DNA from: Desulfobacterales bacterium
Lineage (GTDB): Bacteria; Desulfobacterota; Desulfobacteria; Desulfobacterales; UBA5616
Direction: 5' to 3'
Assembly: GCA_046483495.1 (NCBI GenBank)
Contig: JAWODC010000067.1
Coordinates: 96,001 to 160,000 of the forward strand
Length of the DNA stretch: 64,000 nucleotides
This document shows positions 49,880 through 61,011 of the stretch, piece after piece. The notes beneath the pieces are model-generated. The model did no database searches. It was not told the DNA's origin and saw only the letters and a program-made list of their open reading frames with translations. The position numbers and the translations under genes were made by a program. The first letter of the stretch is position 1. Every line of letters begins with the position of its first letter.

Positions 49880-50319
49880 AGATTTTTCTGAATTGTTAAG
49901 AAGTGCCCTCGGTTTTTGAACGGACAAAAAGGAAACGTAAACGTGTTCCAATGAAAATTATCGATGTGGTTATCGTGGTCGGAATTTGCCTTCTAAGCGA
50001 ACCGTTTTTCGCCTTTTTGCCATTGACACCATAACGTTTTTTTTTGATTAAATAAAAAATTGCATGCGTCAAGTCAATCGATTTTTATTAAAGACGGATG
50101 AAGACGGGAATTTTCGCTTACAGTCCGTCTTGAATTTTCCGGCGGGTTGTGGCAAAAGGCGGATATCGATAACATGATATATTCAGGTGAATCGGCCTTT
50201 TCGGCCGGGAGGCCTTCAGGATGCGGCGCGCTGCGCACCTTCAGGACGCCGGGATCAATGCAAAAGGATGGTTTGAAAAGAAGAAAGACGTGCCGGTCAA
50301 CACATCACCGGGTGAGGAT

Positions 50320-52929
50320 ATGGACGAAAAATACAATCCGAAAGTAATCGAACCCAAGTGGCAGCTCTACTGGGACGATTTAAAAATGTTTAAAGCAGAT
50401 GTGGATGAAAAAAGGGAAAAGTATTATCTGATGGAGATGTTTCCCTATCCATCAGGCAAGATCCACATGGGGCATGTCAGAAATTACACCATCGGCGATG
50501 TGATCGCCCGGTATAAAACGATGCAAGGGTATAACGTTCTCCACCCCATGGGTTGGGATGCTTTCGGTATGCCTGCGGAAAACGCTGCGATCGCCAATAA
50601 TATCCACCCGGCGAAATGGACATATGAAAATATCGAAACCATGCGGTCCCAATTGAAGCAGCTGGGGTTTTCATATGATTGGGACCGGGAAATCGCCACG
50701 TGCAAACCGGATTATTACCGGTGGGAGCAGTGGCTTTTCCTCAAGATGTACGAACGGAATATGGTATATCGAAAACAATCTTTCGTAAACTGGTGCGAGC
50801 CCTGCCGGACGGTTTTGGCCAATGAGCAGGTGGAGGCCGGCATGTGCTGGCGATGCGGAAATCCGGTCCGCCAGAAAAAGCTTTCACAGTGGTTTTTCCG
50901 AATAACGGATTACGCCCAGGACCTGCTGGACTACTGCGATCGATTGCCGGGATGGCCGGAGAAAGTGACCTCGATGCAGAAAAACTGGATCGGAAGAAGC
51001 GTGGGGGCGAAAATCCGGTTTCCCATAATTGATCCGCCGGCAGGCATCGATGACGCCATCTCCGTGTTTACCACCCGTCCGGACACGGTTTATGGAGCGA
51101 CCTTCATGTGCCTGGCGCCGGAACATCCGCTCGTATCGGATCTTTCCGCAGGTACGGATTACGAAAAGGCCGTTCAAGAATTCGTGGAGAAGGTTTCCCT
51201 GCAGGACCGCTCTTTGCAGGCGCTGGACCAATACGAGAAAGAGGGCGTATTCACCGGCGCCTTTTGCAAAAATCCAATGAACGGCCGTAAGATGCCCGTT
51301 TTTACGGCCAATTTCGCCTTGATGGAATACGGGACAGGAGCGGTCATGTCTGTTCCGGCCCATGATCAGCGTGATTTCGATTTTGCCGGAAAGTACGGGC
51401 TGGATATCGTGGTCGTGGTGGATTCTCCCGAAACGCCTCTGAATCCGGATGCCATGACGGAGGCATACGAAGATGAAGGGATCATGGTGAATTCGCCGCC
51501 GTATAACGGCATGAACAGCACCGATGCCAAAAAGGCCATCGTTTCCGATCTTAAGAGCAAAGGATTGGGTGAACCCTCCATCCATTTTCGGTTGAGGGAT
51601 TGGGGCATATCACGGCAGCGGTACTGGGGGGCGCCCATTCCTATGATTCATTGTCCGGATTGCGGGATTGTGCCGGTCCCGGAATCCGATCTGCCGATTC
51701 TGCTGCCCGAAAATGCGAACCTGCTGCCCGGTGGACGCTCTCCGCTGCCGGAATTGGATGAATTCATGAAAACCACCTGCCCCGTCTGCGGCAGGGAAGA
51801 TGCAAAAAGGGAAACGGATACCATGGATACGTTCGTGGAGTCCTCCTGGTATTTCGAACGATACTGCAGCCCGAAATACGAAAACGGCATATTCGATCCG
51901 GATGCCGCCGCCTACTGGATGCCGGTGGATCACTATATCGGCGGTGTGGAGCATGCCATTTTGCATCTGTTGTACTCCCGTTATTTTACCAGGGTTCTCA
52001 ACGACATGGGCCTGGTTCCTTTCAAAGAGCCGTTTGCCCGTCTGCTCACCCAGGGGATGGTATGCAAAGAAACGGTTTCCTGTCCGGACCACGGTTATTT
52101 ATATCCCGAGGAAGTGGCGTTCGAAAAGAATGCCGGCGTATGCTTGAGGTGCCGAAAACCCGTCACGGTGGGCCGCGTTGAAAAAATGTCCAAATCCAAA
52201 AAAAATGTTATCGACCCGAATGCCCTTTTGGACGAATATGGGGCGGACACCACCCGATTATTCTGCCTTTTCGCCGCCCCTCCGGAGAAAGACCTCGAGT
52301 GGAGTGAACAGGGCGTCGAAGGCAGTAACCGTTTTTTAAACCGGGTTTGGCGTCTTGCCGAAAGACTGATACCCGTCATGGCTGATGCGGCGCCGTATGC
52401 CGGGAGCCCGGATAAGCTTAACGGCCAATACAGGCAGATTTACAAAAAGACGCATCAAACGATATTTCGCGTTACCCGGGATATCGAGGACCGCCTTCAT
52501 TTCAATACGGCCGTCAGTGCCGTCATGGAACTGGTGAATGCATTGTATGGGATGGATAACGATGATCGCTCAGCCGTTTCTCGAGGCGTTTTGAAAACGG
52601 CCCTGGAGACGGTCGTTATTTTGCTTTCGCCGATCGTTCCTCACATCACCGAGGAGATCTGGCGGGAATTGGGACATACCGAGTCCGTGTCGGAGGCCAA
52701 GTGGCCGACCTTTCGGAAAGATGCCCTGAAAGCGGATGAGTTCACCATTGTGGTTCAGGTCAATGGAAAACTGAGGAGCCGGTTCGATGTTCCGGCGGGA
52801 ACGGCTGAAGATGTTATCGAAAAAAAGGCCCTTTCCGATGAACGGGTGCAGAAATTTATCGAAAACAAGCCCATTAAAAAAGTGATCGTGGTCAAAAATA
52901 AATTGGTCAATATCGTTGTGCAGCCCTGA
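50320..52929 (+). CDS. leuS: Leucine--tRNA ligase
   Basis: MFPYPSGKIHMGH, GWDAFG, FTTRPDT, DWGISRQRYWG, KMSKS, VQVNGKLR; ATG 50320 with RBS GAGGA. Confidence 0.98.
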   Translation: MDEKYNPKVIEPKWQLYWDDLKMFKADVDEKREKYYLMEMFPYPSGKIHMGHVRNYTIGDVIARYKTMQGYNVLHPMGWDAFGMPAENAAIANNIHPAKWTYENIETMRSQLKQLGFSYDWDREIATCKPDYYRWEQWLFLKMYERNMVYRKQSFVNWCEPCRTVLANEQVEAGMCWRCGNPVRQKKLSQWFFRITDYAQDLLDYCDRLPGWPEKVTSMQKNWIGRSVGAKIRFPIIDPPAGIDDAISVFTTRPDTVYGATFMCLAPEHPLVSDLSAGTDYEKAVQEFVEKVSLQDRSLQALDQYEKEGVFTGAFCKNPMNGRKMPVFTANFALMEYGTGAVMSVPAHDQRDFDFAGKYGLDIVVVVDSPETPLNPDAMTEAYEDEGIMVNSPPYNGMNSTDAKKAIVSDLKSKGLGEPSIHFRLRDWGISRQRYWGAPIPMIHCPDCGIVPVPESDLPILLPENANLLPGGRSPLPELDEFMKTTCPVCGREDAKRETDTMDTFVESSWYFERYCSPKYENGIFDPDAAAYWMPVDHYIGGVEHAILHLLYSRYFTRVLNDMGLVPFKEPFARLLTQGMVCKETVSCPDHGYLYPEEVAFEKNAGVCLRCRKPVTVGRVEKMSKSKKNVIDPNALLDEYGADTTRLFCLFAAPPEKDLEWSEQGVEGSNRFLNRVWRLAERLIPVMADAAPYAGSPDKLNGQYRQIYKKTHQTIFRVTRDIEDRLHFNTAVSAVMELVNALYGMDNDDRSAVSRGVLKTALETVVILLSPIVPHITEEIWRELGHTESVSEAKWPTFRKDALKADEFTIVVQVNGKLRSRFDVPAGTAEDVIEKKALSDERVQKFIENKPIKKVIVVKNKLVNIVVQP

Positions 52930-53002
52930 TGTAAGCATTTCGGGCATTCGAAAAAAACATGGAGAATTGTGGTGAATTCGTGCCACATGAAATGGGTGAC
53001 CG

Positions 53003-53545
53003 ATGGGACATCTGAAACGAACAGGCGGTGGATGGTCCGGACGGCACATGGTGCTGCTGATAACGGCGGTTTGGATGATGTCGTCTTGCGGGTACCGGTT
53101 TGCCGGCGGGGATGCCGCACCTTTCGGGGTTCGGAAAATCGCTGTGTTGATGTTTGAAAACCGCACTTCGGAAGTCGGCGTGGAAAGCATCTTCACCAAT
53201 GATTTTATCGATGTGATGACCAACGACGGCAGGATTTCGGTTGTCGAGCCAAGCCGTGCGGAAGGGGTGTTCAAAGGTGTTATCAGTGCCGTCGAGATTG
53301 ATACGATTTCCCGCCGGAGCAGTTACCTCCCCCTTGAGCGCCGGGTGACCATCGTTTTGGATGTCGCATTCGAGGATGAAGACGGCAGGGTGCTGTGGTC
53401 CGGGAAAGAATGGATAAGAACCGAAGAATACACAATATCGCCGGATAAACGGGTAACCGAGCGGAACAGGCGTGCGGCGATTTCAGAAATTTCCGAGCAG
53501 ACGGCCCGGGAAATCTATCAGATGTTGACCTGGGTCGGCTCATGA
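53003..53545 (+). CDS. lptE: LPS assembly lipoprotein LptE family
   Basis: Lipobox MSSCGY, FENRT; conserved position after leuS. Confidence 0.85.
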   Translation: MGHLKRTGGGWSGRHMVLLITAVWMMSSCGYRFAGGDAAPFGVRKIAVLMFENRTSEVGVESIFTNDFIDVMTNDGRISVVEPSRAEGVFKGVISAVEIDTISRRSSYLPLERRVTIVLDVAFEDEDGRVLWSGKEWIRTEEYTISPDKRVTERNRRAAISEISEQTAREIYQMLTWVGS

Positions 53546-53635
53546 CCCGGCGTGCATCACTGGACCGGCCGACGGCTGTGTGGGCGGGTTGCCGCAGAGA
53601 ACCTGAATGTCGAGTCCATGTGCCGCCGGATCGGT

Positions 53636-53902
53636 TTACGCATTCATTTTATTGATGTTTTTTGCCAGGCGCGATATTTTACGCGCGGCGGTTTTCTTAT
53701 GAATCACGCCTTTTTTGGCCGCTTTCGTGATGACGGACGCTGCGGTGTCCAGTTTTTTTGATGCCGCCTCGGGGGCGTTCTCACTGATGGAAAGACGGAC
53801 GTTTTTTACCGCGGACTTCATGTTGGTTCTAACCGCCTTGTTTCGCATCCGGCGAATTTCGTTCTGGCGCGAACGCTTCAATGCAGATTTATGATTAGCC
53901 AA
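53636..53902 (-). CDS. rpsT: 30S ribosomal protein S20
   Basis: MANHKSALKR...KGVIHKKTAARKISRL. Confidence 0.98.
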   Translation of the reverse strand: MANHKSALKRSRQNEIRRMRNKAVRTNMKSAVKNVRLSISENAPEAASKKLDTAASVITKAAKKGVIHKKTAARKISRLAKNINKMNA

Positions 53903-53989
53903 ATTGATTAACTCCTTTCACAAGATGTATACGCCGGACTTCCGCCGCAGGGGAAGCCCTGGTTTGGTCGGCACTATTTAAATCACACA

Positions 53990-54018
53990 TTTATAAATAC
54001 TCGACACAATCTTGTCAA
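53990..54018 (-). promoter_or_regulatory. sigma70 promoter for rpsT
   Basis: TTGACA-N17-TATAAA on the minus strand. Confidence 0.75.
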
Positions 54019-54036
54019 GAAAATTTACAGGCATAC

Positions 54037-55584
54037 ATGTCGGATAGACAAAATGTGCAAAAAACGGCCGGGCTGCTCGGACTATTGACATTGACAAGCC
54101 GGTTGCTGGGGTTTGTACGGGATGTCCTTATCGCCTGGCTTTTCGGCGCAGGCTTTCTTTCGGACGCCTTCTTTGTGGCGTTCAGGATTCCTAATTTTCT
54201 TAGGCGGCTTTTTGCAGAGGGATCCCTCAGCGCACCGTTCGTTTCCGTCTTTACCGAGATTATGATAAAAAAAAATCGTGGAGAAGCGGTTCTATTCGCC
54301 GGCTCCGCCTTCCGGTTTCTGTCGATTTTTCTAACACTGGCCGTTCTTGCGGGCATTGCGGCGGCACCTGCAATTGCCTCTCTTCTGGCGCCCGGGTTTT
54401 TGGCTTCCGCTGAAAAAATGTCCTTAACCGTATTGCTGATACGGATCATGGTCCCGTATGTTTTTTTTGTCGGTATGCTGGCCGTTGGAATGGGGGTTCT
54501 CAACGCGTTGGGGCAGTTTGCTGCGCCGGCTCTTGCCCCTGTGCTGTTGAATGTTTCCATGATTGCCTCCATGCTTTGGATAGCACCGCAGATGTCGGCA
54601 CCGATTACGGGGCTTGCCGTCGGGGTTGTCGCGGGAGGCGTATTACAGCTTGCATTGCAGGTGCCGTTTTTGATAAAAGGTGGCATTCGTTTTCACGGAC
54701 GCAGGGCGATTTACCATCCCGGCATCAAAAAAGCGATGCTGCTGATGCCGCCTATGATATTCGGGTCGGCGGTCTATCAGGTCAACGTCTTTATCGGAAC
54801 CTTCTTGGCCTCTTTTTTATCAGAGGGAAGTGTTTCTTTTTTATATTATGCAGACCGCCTGGTTCAGTTTCCGTTGGGAATATTCGCCGTCGCCGTTTCC
54901 ACAGCCATACTGCCGGTGTTGTCCCGCCAAGCCATGAACAGTGACAGGTCTGCGGTGGGAAAGACGTTTTCAAATGCCTTGAAGATGGTGTTTTTTATTG
55001 CATTGCCGTCAATGGCGGGGCTGATCGTGTTGAGGACACCGATTATTCACCTGCTTTTTTTGAAGGGGAGGTTCGATGCCGAGGCTGCGCAATTCACGGC
55101 GGACGCCGTCTTGTATTACGGTTTGGGGATATGGGCGTTTTCAGGCGTAAGGGTCCTGATTTCGGCTTTCTACGCGGTCGAAGATACGGGGACACCGGTG
55201 AGGACGGCTGTTTTCGCAGTTTTGCTGAACTTTTTTTTAGGCATTCTGTTGATGATGCCCATGGGGGTCGGTGGCTTGGCCCTGGCCGCATCCGTGGCTT
55301 CCATGGTTCAGTTCGGGCTGCTCGTCCGGCGTATCGGGCCGAAGATCGGCCCCATAGACGTCGGATCGATGGCGATATCCGCCGGCAAAACGATCGTGTG
55401 TACGGCAGTGATGGCGACAACGGTGCATTTTCTGGCGAAGCACTTGATTTCAGCCGGGTCCGGTCACGGCTTGTCCCTTCATTGGGGGGTCGGCGTCTGC
55501 ATATTGGCCGGTGTCACGGTTTACGGCACCTGCTCTTGCCTGGTGAGGCATCCGGAAATAAAAATGGTGGCGAAACGAAGCTGA
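54037..55584 (+). CDS. murJ: Lipid II flippase MurJ
   Basis: SRLLGFVRD, AFRIPNFLRRLFAEG, YADRLVQFPLG. Confidence 0.96.
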   Translation: MSDRQNVQKTAGLLGLLTLTSRLLGFVRDVLIAWLFGAGFLSDAFFVAFRIPNFLRRLFAEGSLSAPFVSVFTEIMIKKNRGEAVLFAGSAFRFLSIFLTLAVLAGIAAAPAIASLLAPGFLASAEKMSLTVLLIRIMVPYVFFVGMLAVGMGVLNALGQFAAPALAPVLLNVSMIASMLWIAPQMSAPITGLAVGVVAGGVLQLALQVPFLIKGGIRFHGRRAIYHPGIKKAMLLMPPMIFGSAVYQVNVFIGTFLASFLSEGSVSFLYYADRLVQFPLGIFAVAVSTAILPVLSRQAMNSDRSAVGKTFSNALKMVFFIALPSMAGLIVLRTPIIHLLFLKGRFDAEAAQFTADAVLYYGLGIWAFSGVRVLISAFYAVEDTGTPVRTAVFAVLLNFFLGILLMMPMGVGGLALAASVASMVQFGLLVRRIGPKIGPIDVGSMAISAGKTIVCTAVMATTVHFLAKHLISAGSGHGLSLHWGVGVCILAGVTVYGTCSCLVRHPEIKMVAKRS

Positions 55585-55600
55585 ACAGAAAGACAACATT

Positions 55601-55900
55601 TTGAGTTCAAAAGAAAAAATATTAATAAGAGCGGCAATGGTATTGATGTTTTTTCTGCTTTTGTTTATTCTCTTCGGAGAAAATGGGTATCTGGACCTGA
55701 GGCGGCTTCAAACGGAAAAGGCGCGGTTGAGCGAACGAAATCATCAGCTCGAGCACGAAAACGTGCTCCTCTACCGTGAAATCGAACGGCTAAAGCACGA
55801 TTTAACGTACATCGAAAATGTTGCCCGCCGGGAGCTTGGCATGGTAAAGAAAGAAGAAGTGGTTGTTAAAATTGATGAATCTGAGGATATGCCGGAATGA
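55601..55900 (+). CDS. ftsB: Septum formation initiator (FtsB/DivIC family)
   Basis: TM + coiled coil + YIENVARRELGMVK. Confidence 0.85.
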   Translation: MSSKEKILIRAAMVLMFFLLLFILFGENGYLDLRRLQTEKARLSERNHQLEHENVLLYREIERLKHDLTYIENVARRELGMVKKEEVVVKIDESEDMPE

Positions 55901-56118
55901 TGCTTGACCCGATGTTCAAGACGAAAACCATGGCGAGAATTCTTGCGGCGCAGGGTCAAATGACGCAAGCCGCGGAAATTTACACTTCTGTGCTTACGAA
56001 CGGCGGTTGCCGTGAAGCAATGATATCCGATTCGACCACTGCAAAGGACCTGATTTCGCTTTATGAAAAATGGGTTCGTCTCGCCTTCGATTATGGGCGC
56101 AAAACACGAAACCGGTAA
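55897..56118 (+). CDS. Small hypothetical protein with a TPR-like helix pair
   Basis: ATGA overlap with ftsB; TMARILAAQGQMTQAAEIY. Confidence 0.55.
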   Translation: MMLDPMFKTKTMARILAAQGQMTQAAEIYTSVLTNGGCREAMISDSTTAKDLISLYEKWVRLAFDYGRKTRNR

Positions 56119-56266
56119 CATGTACGACCGGGCTCCACAAACAGGAGAGGGGGTGCGACAGATGTTCGGTGAATACCGGGGTTGGAATGCAGTATTCGGC
56201 CCGGCCGGCGGGATAAAGACAGCCGGTCTGATGACTTGCCGGACTTTTGCAAGAGGGAGTTGTGCA

Positions 56267-56743
56267 ATGAAGCGAACCGGTTTGGGAAGAAAAATTCGGG
56301 CGGTCTCAATCGTTTTGATTTTTTCGCTCACATGTTTGGTGATAACCGGCTGCGCCGGTCGAACTTCGAAACTTCAAACCGGCTCTTCACCCCTTGCTGA
56401 TGCAAAAAACGATCCTGCCCCGAGATATTATGATTTTACCGACATTCTGGTTCCCGGCGGCCTGAATGTGAATGACAGGTCCACCTACGTGGTGAAGACT
56501 TCCGGGTTTGCCACAGGCATTCTGGTTCTCGATGGGTGGATCAAGCGAAACGAACTGATTGCCTTTTTTCAGGCAAACATGGTCAAAGACAATTGGGAGG
56601 CCGTTTCCACACTCAAATCGCCGCGCACCAGTACGTTCCTGCTTTTTAAAAAACCTCACCGATGGTGCATTATCAGTATCGGGTCCGAAGATTTTCCGGC
56701 GCATGTCGAAATCGGTGTGGCCCCCGCCGGGGAGCGGATGTAG
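56267..56743 (+). CDS. Hypothetical lipoprotein
   Basis: RBS GAGGGAG, basic N-terminus, hydrophobic stretch, lipobox ITGC. Confidence 0.7.
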   Translation: MKRTGLGRKIRAVSIVLIFSLTCLVITGCAGRTSKLQTGSSPLADAKNDPAPRYYDFTDILVPGGLNVNDRSTYVVKTSGFATGILVLDGWIKRNELIAFFQANMVKDNWEAVSTLKSPRTSTFLLFKKPHRWCIISIGSEDFPAHVEIGVAPAGERM

Positions 56744-56821
56744 AGACGGTAATCATCAGTGTGCGTGATATAAAGATCCGCTGTATTCGGGCCGAACGAG
56801 GAAGGATAGAGGAAAGCCTAT

Positions 56822-58027
56822 ATGACCCTATTAAAGGATAAACATATTGTTTTAGGGGTCAGCGGGGGCATTGCAGCTTACAAGAGCGTGGAGTTGCTCC
56901 GGCTGTTGACGAAGGCGGGTGCCGACGTCAGAATCCTGATGACGGAAAATGCAAAATGGTTTGTCGGACCCGGCACTTTTGAAGCGTTGTCAGGACGTCC
57001 GGTATGCGCTGATTTGTTTGACCATCATGAAGACGCAGCCATAGGGCATATCAAATGGGCCGAGGAGGCTCATGCCGTGGTCATCGCTCCGGCTACGGCA
57101 AATATCATCGGGAAAATGGCAAACGGCATCGCCGATGATGCGCTCAGCACATTTCTGCTGGCGGTGACCGCGCCGGTTTTGGTCTGCCCCTCGATGAACA
57201 GCAATATGTACGTAAGCCGTCCGGTGCAGCGAAATCTTTCCCTTCTGGAAAAAGACGGGATTACTATCGTCCGGCCGGATGCCGGTGAATTGGCATGCGG
57301 GACCGAGGGGCCCGGCCGTTTGCCGGAACCCGAGGCCGTTCTGGACAGGCTTTTGGCCCGCCTGACGCCGAAGGATTTTGACGGAAAGAAAATCGTGATT
57401 TCCGCAGGCCCTACCCGGGAATCCATCGATCCCGTTCGATTCATCAGCAATCCATCATCCGGAAAAATGGGATACGCCATTGCCGGGGCCGCAGAGCATC
57501 GCGGCGCGGATGTCACCCTTGTGTCCGGTCCGGTCAATTTGCCCCGGCCGTGGAATACGAAGGCTGTATATGTCAACACCGCCGCGGAAATGGCCCAAGC
57601 CGTGTTCGATGCAATGCATGAAGCCGATATCATCATCAAAACGGCTGCTGTTGCGGATTACCGTCCGAAGATCACGGCTGCGCAGAAAATCAAGAAAGGC
57701 GATCCGGAACTGGTGCTGGAGCTTACGAAAACCGTGGATATACTGAACGAACTGGGTAAGCATAAGGAAAACCGGGTGCTTGTCGGTTTCGCCGCAGAAA
57801 CCGAGGCCCTCGAGAAAAACGCCGGTCAGAAACTTGCGCAGAAAAATCTCGACCTGATTGTCGGAAACCTGGTGAATATCCCGGAATCCGGTTTTCAGAC
57901 CGAGACCAACAAGGTGACCTTTTTTTACAAAAACGGACATATGGAATCCCTTCCTGTTATGGCGAAAGATGCTGTTGCGCATGCATTGTTGGATAGGATT
58001 CGTGACATCATGGCCGACCGAAGATAA
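56822..58027 (+). CDS. coaBC: Phosphopantothenoylcysteine decarboxylase/ligase CoaBC
   Basis: GGIAAYKS, APATAN, PSMN, LACG, IDPVRFISNPSSGKMG, VGFAAET. Confidence 0.97.
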   Translation: MTLLKDKHIVLGVSGGIAAYKSVELLRLLTKAGADVRILMTENAKWFVGPGTFEALSGRPVCADLFDHHEDAAIGHIKWAEEAHAVVIAPATANIIGKMANGIADDALSTFLLAVTAPVLVCPSMNSNMYVSRPVQRNLSLLEKDGITIVRPDAGELACGTEGPGRLPEPEAVLDRLLARLTPKDFDGKKIVISAGPTRESIDPVRFISNPSSGKMGYAIAGAAEHRGADVTLVSGPVNLPRPWNTKAVYVNTAAEMAQAVFDAMHEADIIIKTAAVADYRPKITAAQKIKKGDPELVLELTKTVDILNELGKHKENRVLVGFAAETEALEKNAGQKLAQKNLDLIVGNLVNIPESGFQTETNKVTFFYKNGHMESLPVMAKDAVAHALLDRIRDIMADRR

Positions 58028-58030
58028 AAT

Positions 58031-58846
58031 ATGGGAATCGACTCATCTTCAAAATCGAATGATACGGATCTTTACGGCAGCATGTCGTCCCTTTTGGTGG
58101 ATGTGGGCGATTACCTTCGAGGCCTGAAAGAAATCGGGTGCCGCGGTTTTCAATGTTCCGATGAAACCCTGAGCAGGCTCGCTGCACTGGGCAAAAGACG
58201 GTCCGGACCCGAGTCCCTGGACCAGATCCTTCGGGAATTGGCGGATTGCAGGCGATGCGCGCTCTGTGAAAAACGAAACCATATCGTATTCGGAGAAGGA
58301 AGCGCCTCCGCCAGGCTGGTGTTTGTCGGAGAAGGGCCCGGAAAAGAGGAGGACAAAACCGGGAGGCCTTTTGTGGGCGCCGCCGGCAGATTGTTGACTC
58401 GAATTATAGAAGCCATGCATCTGGCCAGAGATGACGTGTTCATTTGCAATATCGTAAAATGCCGGCCGCCCGGCAACAGGACACCGAAGCCGGAGGAAAT
58501 TTCCGTGTGTCTCTCTTTTCTGAAACGACAACTGGAGGCCATAAAACCGGACTTTGTATGTGCGCTGGGAGCTGTTGCGGCTCAAACGCTGCTTGAAACG
58601 GAAGATCCGATTTCCCGCCTCAGAGGACGGTTTCATTCCGTCAGCGACTTTTTGGTGATGCCGACGTATCATCCCTCCTATCTGCTCAGGAATCCGGAAA
58701 AAAAGCGGGATGTGTGGGAGGATATGAAAACGTTAATGCGGGAAATGGATCGCCGCCGTAAACAAGAAAACGCTTTCGATGGAAGCACCGCCCTTCAGGC
58801 TTATTCAAGCACCCGGCGTCCGTCGTCCGATGTTCGGGAGAGGTGA
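58031..58846 (+). CDS. Uracil-DNA glycosylase family 4 (Fe-S)
   Basis: CRRCAL, VGEGPG, GRPFVG, KCRPPGNR, TYHPSYLLR. Confidence 0.94.
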   Translation: MGIDSSSKSNDTDLYGSMSSLLVDVGDYLRGLKEIGCRGFQCSDETLSRLAALGKRRSGPESLDQILRELADCRRCALCEKRNHIVFGEGSASARLVFVGEGPGKEEDKTGRPFVGAAGRLLTRIIEAMHLARDDVFICNIVKCRPPGNRTPKPEEISVCLSFLKRQLEAIKPDFVCALGAVAAQTLLETEDPISRLRGRFHSVSDFLVMPTYHPSYLLRNPEKKRDVWEDMKTLMREMDRRRKQENAFDGSTALQAYSSTRRPSSDVRER

Positions 58847-58851
58847 ATCAG

Positions 58852-60147
58852 ATGAAATTACAACACTTCATGGTCTTGATCTTGCTGCTTGCACTGGGGT
58901 TGCCTGGACATATCCACGCTCAATCCGATGGGATATACATCATGACCGTTTCCGATGCCATCGGGCCGGCGGTTGCCGATTTTATTGAGCGCGGAGTCAG
59001 AACGGCTTCCAGAAATGATGCCGAATGCCTGATCATTCGATTGAACACGCCGGGGGGGCTTGCCGACTCCATGCGTGATATCGTTATGACCATCTTGGGC
59101 AGCCCGGTTCCGGTTGTCGTTTTCGTGGCTCCAAGCGGGGCAAGGGCCGCTTCAGCCGGTGTGATGATCACCATGGCCGCGGATATCGCCGCAATGGCGC
59201 CGGGAACGAATATCGGCGCGGCTCATCCGGTCGGCGCGGGCGGTGAAAATATTGAAAAGGCGATGAGTGAAAAGGTGATCAATGATATGGTGGCGCACGC
59301 CCGAAGCGTCGCCCAAAAAAGGGGAAGGAACGCCGAATGGGTCGAGAAAGCCATTCGGGAGAGTGTTTCGGTTACGGAGACCCAGGCTTTAGAGGAAAAT
59401 ATCATCAATGTCGTAGCACGGGATACGGAAGACCTGATCCGGCAGATAAACGGCATGGAACTGGCCGGAAAAGGGGTTCTGGATTTGGAGGGGGCGGAGA
59501 AAAGGATTATCGAAGAAGACCTCAGAACAAAGATACTCAAGACCATCAGCAACCCTAATATCGCCTATATTCTGATGATGCTCGGGCTCGCCGGAATCTA
59601 CTTCGAACTGTCCAATCCCGGTGCCATTTTTCCGGGGGTTATCGGCGGTATTTCATTGATTTTAGCTTTTTTCGCCTTCCAGACGCTCCCGGTCAACTAT
59701 GCGGGAATTCTCTTGATCGTTGTGGCGCTGATTCTCTTTATTCTGGAGATGAAAATAGCCAGTTACGGGCTTCTCAGCATTGCCGGGGTCGCCAGCTTTC
59801 TGCTCGGCTCCTTGATGCTTTTCAACAGCAGCGGTTCCGGCATGCGTATTTCGTGGAGTGTGCTCCTGCCGACGGTGACACTCGTATCCGCTTTTTTCGT
59901 GGTCGTGGCCGGCCTGGTATTCAGAGTCCAGATTTCCAGGCCCGTGACCGGCAGCGGAGGACTCGTCGGCGAAATAGGTGTGGTAAAGAAAGCGCTTACG
60001 CCCGAGGGAAAAGTCCTCGTTCACGGAGAAATCTGGAAAGCTGTTTCCAACATGCCGATCGAAGAAGGCACACGGGTAAAGGTGGTGAAGGTGCAAAACC
60101 TTACCATTTCGGTCGAGCCGGTTAAGGAGAATACATATTCAGGATAG
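58852..60147 (+). CDS. nfeD: NfeD family membrane-bound serine protease
   Basis: LNTPGG, ARAASAG, GAAHPV, RGRN, TM domain, C-terminal OB fold HGEIW. Confidence 0.93.
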   Translation: MKLQHFMVLILLLALGLPGHIHAQSDGIYIMTVSDAIGPAVADFIERGVRTASRNDAECLIIRLNTPGGLADSMRDIVMTILGSPVPVVVFVAPSGARAASAGVMITMAADIAAMAPGTNIGAAHPVGAGGENIEKAMSEKVINDMVAHARSVAQKRGRNAEWVEKAIRESVSVTETQALEENIINVVARDTEDLIRQINGMELAGKGVLDLEGAEKRIIEEDLRTKILKTISNPNIAYILMMLGLAGIYFELSNPGAIFPGVIGGISLILAFFAFQTLPVNYAGILLIVVALILFILEMKIASYGLLSIAGVASFLLGSLMLFNSSGSGMRISWSVLLPTVTLVSAFFVVVAGLVFRVQISRPVTGSGGLVGEIGVVKKALTPEGKVLVHGEIWKAVSNMPIEEGTRVKVVKVQNLTISVEPVKENTYSG

Positions 60148-60181
60148 TTGCTCCACATAAAAACAGAAAAGGAGTGAAACC

Positions 60182-60946
60182 ATGCTGTTTCAAGTCATTG
60201 CCATTGTTATTCTGGTTGTTTTTTTTCTTTCAGCGGCCATTCGTATTTTAAATGAATATGAGCGGGGCGTGATATTTCGACTGGGGAGGGTTTTAAAAGC
60301 GAAAGGTCCGGGACTGATCATATTGATTCCCGTGGTGGACAAAATGGTAAAGGTGAGCCTGCGGTTGGTGGCATTGGATGTGGACCCACAGGATGTCATC
60401 ACCCGGGATAATGTATCGGTGAAAGTCAATGCGGTGATCTATTTCAGAGTGGTTGACCCGATCAAAGCGGTTATCGAAGTCGAAAGCTACGCTTATGCCA
60501 TGAGCCAACTGGCCCAGACGACCATCAGGAGTGTATGCGGTCAGGCGGAACTTGACGATCTGTTGTCCGAGCGTGAGAAAATCAACATGGAGCTTCAGGA
60601 AATTCTCGACACGCATACGGATCCGTGGGGCATTAAAGTGGCCACAGTGGAACTCAAGCATATCGATCTTCCTTCCGAAATGCAGCGTGCAATGGCCCGG
60701 CAGGCTGAAGCTGAACGGGACCGGCGGGCCAAGGTCATCAATGCTGAAGGCGAGTTTCAAGCTGCGGCAAAGCTCGCCGAGGCTTCCACCATCATTAAGG
60801 ACCATCCTATCGCCCTGCAGCTGCGCTACCTGCAGACGATGAATGAAATGTCCGCGGAAAACAACACCACCACCATTTTTCCTGTTCCCCTGGACTTGTT
60901 CAGGCCTTTTTTAAAGCAGATGGGATTGGAAAAGGAAAAAACATAA
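60182..60946 (+). CDS. Slipin/stomatin-like SPFH domain protein
   Basis: [46 protein letters not shown]; the canonical partner of nfeD. Confidence 0.94.
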   Translation: MLFQVIAIVILVVFFLSAAIRILNEYERGVIFRLGRVLKAKGPGLIILIPVVDKMVKVSLRLVALDVDPQDVITRDNVSVKVNAVIYFRVVDPIKAVIEVESYAYAMSQLAQTTIRSVCGQAELDDLLSEREKINMELQEILDTHTDPWGIKVATVELKHIDLPSEMQRAMARQAEAERDRRAKVINAEGEFQAAAKLAEASTIIKDHPIALQLRYLQTMNEMSAENNTTTIFPVPLDLFRPFLKQMGLEKEKT

Positions 60947-61011
60947 GCGGATCGGTCGTATGCGACACGGTTGCACCCGTGCAAAAAATAGTTGATTTCC
61001 TGTAGAGGCTA

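Noticed and set aside
50060..50319. T-box leader upstream of leuS
   Set aside because: No TGGNACC T-box bulge or following terminator is visible; the hairpins present are generic.
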